Origin: Candidatus Multivoradales bacterium
Lineage (GTDB): Bacteria > Acidobacteriota > Thermoanaerobaculia > Multivoradales > JAHEKO01
Assembly: GCA_965248055.1 (NCBI GenBank)
Contig: CBDFIJ010000003.1
Location: 1 to 28,445, forward strand
Direction: 5' to 3'
Length of the DNA: 28,445 nt
Positions 21,977 to 28,445 of the stretch are shown in pieces. The stretch's first letter is position 1; each line of letters starts with the position of its first letter. A program made the translations under genes and the position numbers. The notes under the pieces were generated by a model, which was given only the letters and a program-made list of their open reading frames with translations, made no database searches and was not told the DNA's origin.

Positions 21977-22433
21977 CTATAAGAAATCAAGAAGAAAAGT
22001 TTAACATCTTTCTTTGTAATAGCTGTGCATCTGCTATTTATTTGAAGATTTTGAGCTGTTCTTCAGCACTCTGTCTTTTTTCCGACCATTTCAATTCTTG
22101 TGATGCAACTTGATGTTCAAGATATTAAACTGGAACATAGAGAGTAGATGCTATTTACTTATGAGTTGTTCCCTTCCTTCTGAAAATAGGCCTAGTTATC
22201 TTCATTTATAGTTTTGTCTGTTTCAAGCCAACCTCCCTACAAAATTTGTTCGAAATGCTTCAAAATAAGGATCACATTGAACCGGAGTGCATCTATAAAC
22301 CCTAGAGCCCAGCAAATTGGACTTAATGCAATGCATGCATCAGTACATACTGCTTTCATGACCTAATTTTACCACAAAAAATCCATCCTGAGCGCCATTG
22401 TATTATAGAGTTCTCTTGATAACTTCATGATAC

Positions 22434-22520
22434 CTTGTTTAGATGGGTCTTGTCCTTCTGTACTTGAGAGGGATTCATACATGTCTGTGTCAACTTCTTG
22501 TTTGATGGTGAAGACCAGAC
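22434..22520 (-). CDS. ZNF gene coding exon 3 (87 nt, phase 1-1): (G)LVFTIKQEVDTDMYESLSSTEGQDPSKQ
   Basis: Acceptor ttcacaacAG, donor AAG|GTATCA, IKQE motif. Confidence 0.72.
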
Positions 22521-22641
22521 CTGTTGTGAACAAAGTAAAGATATTTTCATATTATCTAAGAAGTAAAATGTAATCTGGTTACCTATTATTGACTACATAG
22601 TGAAGAATGAATTATATAACCAAATAAATATGTATTTAAAC

Positions 22642-22987
22642 ATATTTGTGGCTCACACCCAGTAAATAAGATCGATTGATCGATCTGTATTGAAAAACAA
22701 GTCAGAAAAATCTTGGAACCAGCGGGACCTAAACCTGCATCTACTGCTTGCCGGGCAGCGACTCTACCACCAGGCCATCACTGGTCCATGGCACAGTCAC
22801 GATGAACTAGAACAAATACAGAAGCTCTCCTGATTCATTCTGACTCATTAATAATCATTAGTCCGCCAGAGGACAATAACTTTTATAAATGTAATGCTTC
22901 CTGGGAGAAATTTCAATTATTTACAAATATTTTTGGCTCACACCCAGTAAATAAGATCGATTGATCGATCTGTATTGAAACAAGTCA
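22642..22987. repeat. About 62-bp direct repeat pair (22642-22704, 22927-22987) enclosing a tRNA-like sequence
   Basis: TGGCTCACACCCAGTAAATAAGATCGATTGATCGATCTGTATTGAAA occurs twice, about 285 bp apart. Confidence 0.8.
22714..22787 (-). pseudogene. tRNA-like sequence (SINE-type/pseudo-tRNA)
   Basis: Acceptor-like stem GGACCAG/CTGGTTC, A box TGGCCTGGTGG, anticodon-like arm CTGC-CCGGCAA-GCAG, degenerate B box GGTTTAGGTCC. Confidence 0.55.
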
Positions 22988-23087
22988 ACAACAAAAAAAC
23001 AAAAAAACAAAAAAATGATATTCCAATAACTCATGCACAATGGAGGTATGAGGCAGAGCGAATAAAATCGTGGATGCAAAATGAACA

Positions 23088-23603
23088 GCTGCCGCCCCAT
23101 ATCTGCTGGAGCTAGAAGCGATCGAGCAAGGATCAAAACATGGAGAAGTTTTTCATTGTGAAAAGCGTGAATCCTCTGAAATCTGTTCATCCCAAAAGAC
23201 CAGCAAATAATGAACCTCCTCCAGTAAATCAATATTGAGAAGAGAAAGACCAAAGATGTTGTGGAAGGATGTAGTAAAGACTAAAGAAAGAATGTAATAC
23301 GGTTGCTCTGAATGATGAGGAATGTGCAGAACGGGAAGAAATGGAGAGAATGTCATCAATGGATGAAACCCCTATGTAGCTTGTAAAGTTGTAAAGAGGG
23401 AAAATGCCAAATTAAATAAATGATAATGAAGTAATAGCAAAAATTTAGGAGTATCACGAGTGCCAATTCAATGGAAATTTGTATTTTAAAAAAAGAGTCC
23501 CCTTCATTACGCAAAGAGCCCCTGTGAGAAGGCTCATGGGGCTCTTTTTTTTTGGGGGGGGGGGGGAAGAGCCCCTGTGGACAAATAATTAATTTGAGCA
23601 CTG
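23088..23603 (+). mobile_element. Partial, diverged copy 2 of the hAT-like family
   Basis: Matches 13598-14334 with internal deletions. Ends AATTTGAGCACTG. Left end absent. Confidence 0.8.
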
Positions 23604-23972
23604 GTTCCAGGACACAAAATCCCCTTTTCAAAATCTATGACTCGAATCTATTGTCTATAACATGTTATACACAATATTTTTTTAGTAGTGCCCCAAGAGA
23701 GAAGGAGCTTTTATACAGAAAAGCAGAAATTCATGGTATTTTTGTACACGACAAACAAGACAGTTATCTATGACTTTGTCACAATCCAGTAACCAAAATG
23801 CAGATTTTGAGATTTGCATGGACTAAGGGATATTATATATTTAAACAATCATAACTTTTTTAATTTGTGTATGATTTTGCTCTAACTTTCACCAATCCAC
23901 AGATCAAATCTTTCTGCTTTCATAGCAATTTGCTATCAATGTTTGATTTTCCTTTAAGAACCTATAGCCTAC

Positions 23973-24077
23973 CGTCTTGAGTTACAAGCTGACCCTCGTA
24001 TATCAAACCATCTGAACGTGGAATGGAATGACACATCTTCTTCTCAATTTCTCCTTCCTCCTTGATGTAGATGTTTC
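23973..24077 (-). CDS. ZNF gene coding exon 2 (105 nt, phase 1-1): (G)NIYIKEEGEIEKKMCHSIPRSDGLIYEGQLVTQD
   Basis: Acceptor catttacAG, donor ACG|GTAGGC, IKEE motif. Confidence 0.72.
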
Positions 24078-24388
24078 CTGTAAATGTAAATATAAACATC
24101 ATTAACATTCTTAATCACTATAGACTATCATTTCTATAATACAGAGTGAAGTTCTATGAATATGCAAATTGTGTTTTGAAATTAAGTTTTATGCATCTGT
24201 CTAGAGGTTGTATTGGTGCAAATAAACATTCATGATTCTGAGCTAGTGGACATATTTGTTTTGAATTTTAAAAAGTATATTTTTCTTCCTCATGATTTGA
24301 TGTGTAAGGTGAGAGAATGAAGGTTGTACCTAAAGATGCATAGTGGTGGGCTCTAGCTGGGGAATTTGACACTATTTGGGTGTTTACC

Positions 24389-25592
24389 CAGGGCTCAAAT
24401 TAATTTTTTGTCCACGGGGGCTCTTTCAACAAAAAAATGAGCCCCCGTGAGCCTTCTCACGGGGGCTCTTGTAGTGCTGACGGGGGCTCTTATTTTAATA
24501 CAAATTTCCAATAATTGGTACCCATGAAACTCTTAAATTCTTTGGTATTTTATCATTATCATTTATTTAAGTCAGCATTTTCCCTCTTAGAAATGTACTT
24601 GTTACATAGCTGTTATTGACTTTTACCTCTGTGATGACATTCTCTCCATTTCTTTCCGCTCTGCACATAATGTCCTCCTCATTATTCGGGGCAAGCTTAT
24701 TGACATTCTTTCTTTACTTTTAGTTTTTACCATATCCTTCCAAAACACAGGGGCGGATCTAGCTTTTTGCTAAGGGTAGGGGGTAACCCAAATACGATGT
24801 GGAGCATCGTCCACGAGCCGTGAGGCGATTTTTGTTGTTGCTATTTTGAAATTTGAACCCCCGTAAGTGATGTTTTCCTGGCATTTACAAACATGCGGAG
24901 CATCGTCGACGAGCCGCAGAGCGGCGAGGCGATTTTCTGGCGCTATTTGAACCCCCATTAGTGATGTTTTCCTGGCATCTACTGACATCTACTAATACTG
25001 TGTAGGTCTGGACACACGATAGCATTTTTCTATGCACATCACATTTTCACTTGGCAGCCCAAGGGGGGGGGGGGGGGGTAAACCCCCTAAACCCGCCCCT
25101 GCAACATCTTTGGTGATCTTCTTCTCAATATTGATTTACTGGTCGAGTTACATTATTTGCTGATCTTTTAGAATAACCAGATTTCAGAGGATTCACAATT
25201 TTCACAACGAAACTTCTGCATGTTTTAGTCCTTGCGCGATCGTCTCCAGCTCCAGCAGATATTGGGCGTCAGCGTGCACACCGGTACTAGCGGCGCAGTA
25301 TAGCCACTGCTGACGGCCGCACTAGCTGCACTGCGAGCTTCTGTTGTTTGTATCGGTAATACTCATAGAGATGGGAGAGAAAGCGCCATCTAAGTTCCAT
25401 TTGATTGGTTTAAGGTTTGAAAATTGATACTCAATATTGTGTTAAAGTTATATCAGAAAAGATAATCTTTATTTTATAATTCCACGGCGGCGATTTTTAA
25501 TTTTGCAATCGCCCCCGTCAGCAACCTGACGGGGGCGATTATGGAGCTCACGGGGGCGAATCGCCCATCGCCCCCGTGTACTTTGAGCGCTG
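24389..25592 (-). mobile_element. Non-autonomous hAT-like element (copy 3, inverted relative to copies 1 and 2)
   Basis: TIR CAGGGCTCAAA / TTTGAGCGCTG. 8-bp TSD TGTTTACC (24381-24388, 25593-25600). Confidence 0.9.
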
Positions 25593-26303
25593 TGTTTACC
25601 CAATAATATGTCTTGTCAATCACCAGGGTTAGCCTTCAGTTTTATGACCAACAGGCCCTATGTAATGCTCAGCCTTTTCCACCCAACCTCATATGGTATA
25701 GCCATTATATTACATTTCCCACACCCAAAGACTCTCTGAGAGAGTAGGGGGTATTTCTTGATGGGATTACGGTTTGCTGTATGCAAGACTTGTACACCCA
25801 TCAATGGTATTTCCACCAAGTCTGGTGTCAGCGAATTATGACCTAAAGCACATGGAAACTGCCAACAATCTCCCTTTAAATTTTCAATTGCACATGCCTA
25901 ACACTCGTGAATCACAATGATTTTTAGTGTATTGAATATTGCTTTAATATTTTTGTTTAAATCAGTGCAGAGATAAAATAATCTGTATATTATCTGTATC
26001 CTTTTTATTTTTATTTTCTTTTCAGAGAGAGCTTTCTTTACTATTTTAAGGGATCTCCTCAGTGGCAATCTTATACTGTTTTTGCACAATGCATGTCCTA
26101 CATGTGCTATCTTTAAGGTCCAGCTCCTTTTTAAGGTTTTTAAAGTTTTTCAGACTTGCAATAGGTCTACTCTTCACACCTTTATAATTTTTATCTGTAA
26201 CGCTATATTTACTGAGTCAAAACAAATATATGCTGAACTTATATTTTCATTAGTCATCAGAAACATTACCAAATACAGCACAACCCATTGAAACATTCCA
26301 TAC

Positions 26304-26405
26304 CTTCATCATGTTCATGTGATGACTGAAGAGTTCCCTCTCCTTCTCCATCTGTACCTGAGAGAGACGTCCAACAATCAATTTCTTGCTTCATCGCCAT
26401 GTTAT
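26304..26405 (-). CDS. ZNF gene first visible coding exon (102 nt; likely start ATG at 26400): MAMKQEIDCWTSLSGTDGEGEGTLQSSHEHDE
   Basis: Acceptor tcatacacAG, Kozak-like AACATGG, donor AAG|GTATGG, MKQE motif. Confidence 0.68.
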
Positions 26406-27987
26406 CTGTGTATGAAACAATACTCGATAAAATGTTTTGCCTTCTCGTTAAATAATCATAGTCATTGTCGAGTGTGTACACATTTACAGGCCAAGTAAAA
26501 AAGTAACAAGTTTCTTGTCCGAACTATTTCAAAAAAGGAGGCGGCAGTGCTTTACTATTTTTCAATTTTTCAATTTTTTTCCAAGATGGCTGCCATGCTA
26601 AATATGGCTGGCCTCAGGTCTGCTAGCTATTCTGAAGGACAACTATTCATAAGGAGCACTATTCATAGGGACCACTATATACATAATTTGAGAAATCCAG
26701 GGTCATCTGATTGGTCGATAATTGCATTCATAAAGGGTCACTATTTCTGTAACATTCCCAGTTAACCATGGGTAACGCTAGTTCTATAATCCCAGTAACC
26801 ATGGTTACCGGGAAAATCGTTCATTCGTCCAGGGTTACCCCATAGGTTTACATGTTAAAAAATGGTCTGAGCGATCGAAGAATTGGTCGGTAATTTCATA
26901 TACCAGACCTGCCAACCTCGATGGATTTTACCGACAATTTTATCTTGTATTCTTGACATGAACCCCAAAAGTTGTACTTCCAAAAACAAAAATACAACAT
27001 CTGCCGATAGATCTTGATCTAAGTTCGTGCCAATATGGATTGCAAAAGTAAAAGAAGGGCCCGTTTAATGGAGCAGCGGCGAAGCATCCACCACGCGAAG
27101 CCGTTTTTCAATCCATTTTAATGGATATATTAGAGAAAACTGCTAGATATGGTGACAGAGCGCGATGGCTGAGCGGTTCAAGGCGCTGATTGTAGTTTCA
27201 TCACCTTTTGAACGCAAGAGATCGAATCCTATCTTCGACAAAAGTTTGCCGATTTGTGATTTTTTATTTTTTAGTCTATTTTTTGTAGGCATACTAAAAG
27301 TATGAAGGACTACTTTAACATTCGACATAATAGTTGCATTTATACGCTCTCGGGAAGGTTACCAGTGAAAAAAATACACGGGGGCTCACTGCGAATTTGC
27401 CGAGAAGAGGGTCGTTATGCATAACACGAGAAGAAGGTCGCTATTCATAATACGAGAGAGGGTCATTAATCATTTATAGGGTTATTATTTATAAGGACCG
27501 CTATTCATAATCGAAAAAGGGAAAATATTGGATGGGGGACACCCCCACGGCTGTGGCGTAGCAGGGGGAGGGAGGACGACCTAGTTGTCGAAAACAATTA
27601 TTGCAAATATACATTTCTAAACAAATAAAGAAAAAAGGTGTGCTTTAAAAATTTATCTAGAATATTAGGTAAATAATTACAAGTACTACTAGTATATTAC
27701 AGAATAATAATAAGTGATATATTGCAATGGTGTAGTTCATGAGGGTTATGAAATTACATTACAGAGTTCAATAATTGCCAAAAGTGGGGTATTGGAGACA
27801 GCTGACATCTTTTAGTTCTAGTTCGGGGTAACTCAAGATGATGGGCATTCCTGAGGGAGCGACAAGTGAAGTTGTGACCATTCAGGTTTCAGACAAAAAA
27901 TATTGGAGATTAGACCAAATGGAAATCGAACCAACTGACTATTAGCCTAAATGGTCGTTAGACCATGTGGAGAATCAGATAGGCCGG

Positions 27988-28060
27988 TAACTCCGGGAAG
28001 CTCCAACACAGGCGCGCAGCGTCCGACGCTGCGCGCCGGTGTTGGAGCTTCCCGGAGTTA
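27988..28060. mobile_element. 73-bp palindromic mini-MITE with 9-bp TSD (Mutator-like)
   Basis: 36-bp arms (1 mismatch), 1-nt centre. ATAGGCCGG duplicated at 27979-27987 and 28061-28069. Confidence 0.85.
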
Positions 28061-28445
28061 ATAGGCCGGGTGCAGATCATATGGGAAAAGACCAGTTGGG
28101 TAGTTGACAACTGGCTGTATACCAAACGGCCGATTTTTATGTGCATATTAAAATAAGCCCATAGATATTTCCTTACGACTGGAACTACTTTTTCTTCTAC
28201 TTTATTTATAGTAAGAATAAGTCAAAATTGACCCACACAGTATAATTAAGGTACCTTTGGAACAGTCTAACAAGCCCAAGGTGATAACTGAGGGTGTTTG
28301 GACTGTTTTGAAGCTACATGAACATGAAGGTACCGAGTATGGTTATTTTGCTAATGCCTGAACAAAATGATGTATTGTTTTATAAAAAATATAAGATGTT
28401 TGATTATTAACATGATTTTTACTAATGACCGGTCATGTATTTACT

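Noticed and set aside
22714-22787. Functional tRNA-Ala(GGC) gene (likewise a tRNA at 16644-16708)
   Set aside because: T-loop lacks TTCG, the arms are imperfect, the anticodon is atypical for eukaryotes, and both lie inside repeats.
23760-25880. Additional Kolobok-like ends (...CCTTTAA at about 23957 and 25879)
   Set aside because: Only one terminus each; no partner TIR or TSD found.
26581-26612. YY1-like CAAGATGGCTGCC as the ZNF promoter
   Set aside because: A single short motif, oriented opposite to the gene and in apparently repeat-derived sequence; the TSS cannot be placed.

Overview
Eukaryotic (probably invertebrate animal) genomic DNA. The backbone is a minus-strand C2H2 zinc-finger (ZNF) locus. 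Four short symmetric (phase 1-1) exons at 26405-21872 each carry one psi-K-x-E motif. They are followed by three paralogous ZNF-array terminal exons (C from 21535, B from 18880, A from 2500), each with its own phase-1 splice acceptor and no separate 5' exons visible. Each array is open for its first fingers and then decays. The decayed parts and introns are full of transposons: a young full-length BEL/Pao LTR retrotransposon (6091-13085, LTRs identical by eye, 5-bp TSD, internally broken ORF), a Penelope-like fragment with a minimal hammerhead ribozyme, an L2/CR1-type LINE with a nested Helentron-type (HINE/DINE-1-like) element, Harbinger-, hAT-, Kolobok- and CACTA-like non-autonomous elements, and a 73-bp hairpin with a 9-bp TSD. 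Two hypotheses stand out. (1) The BEL/Pao element has no tRNA-type PBS but has an 11-nt perfect complement to its own LTR at the likely transcription start, i.e. possible Tf1-like self-priming. (2) One SUMO-motif N-terminus may splice to alternative ZNF arrays. All calls are by eye; no alignments or database searches were run.
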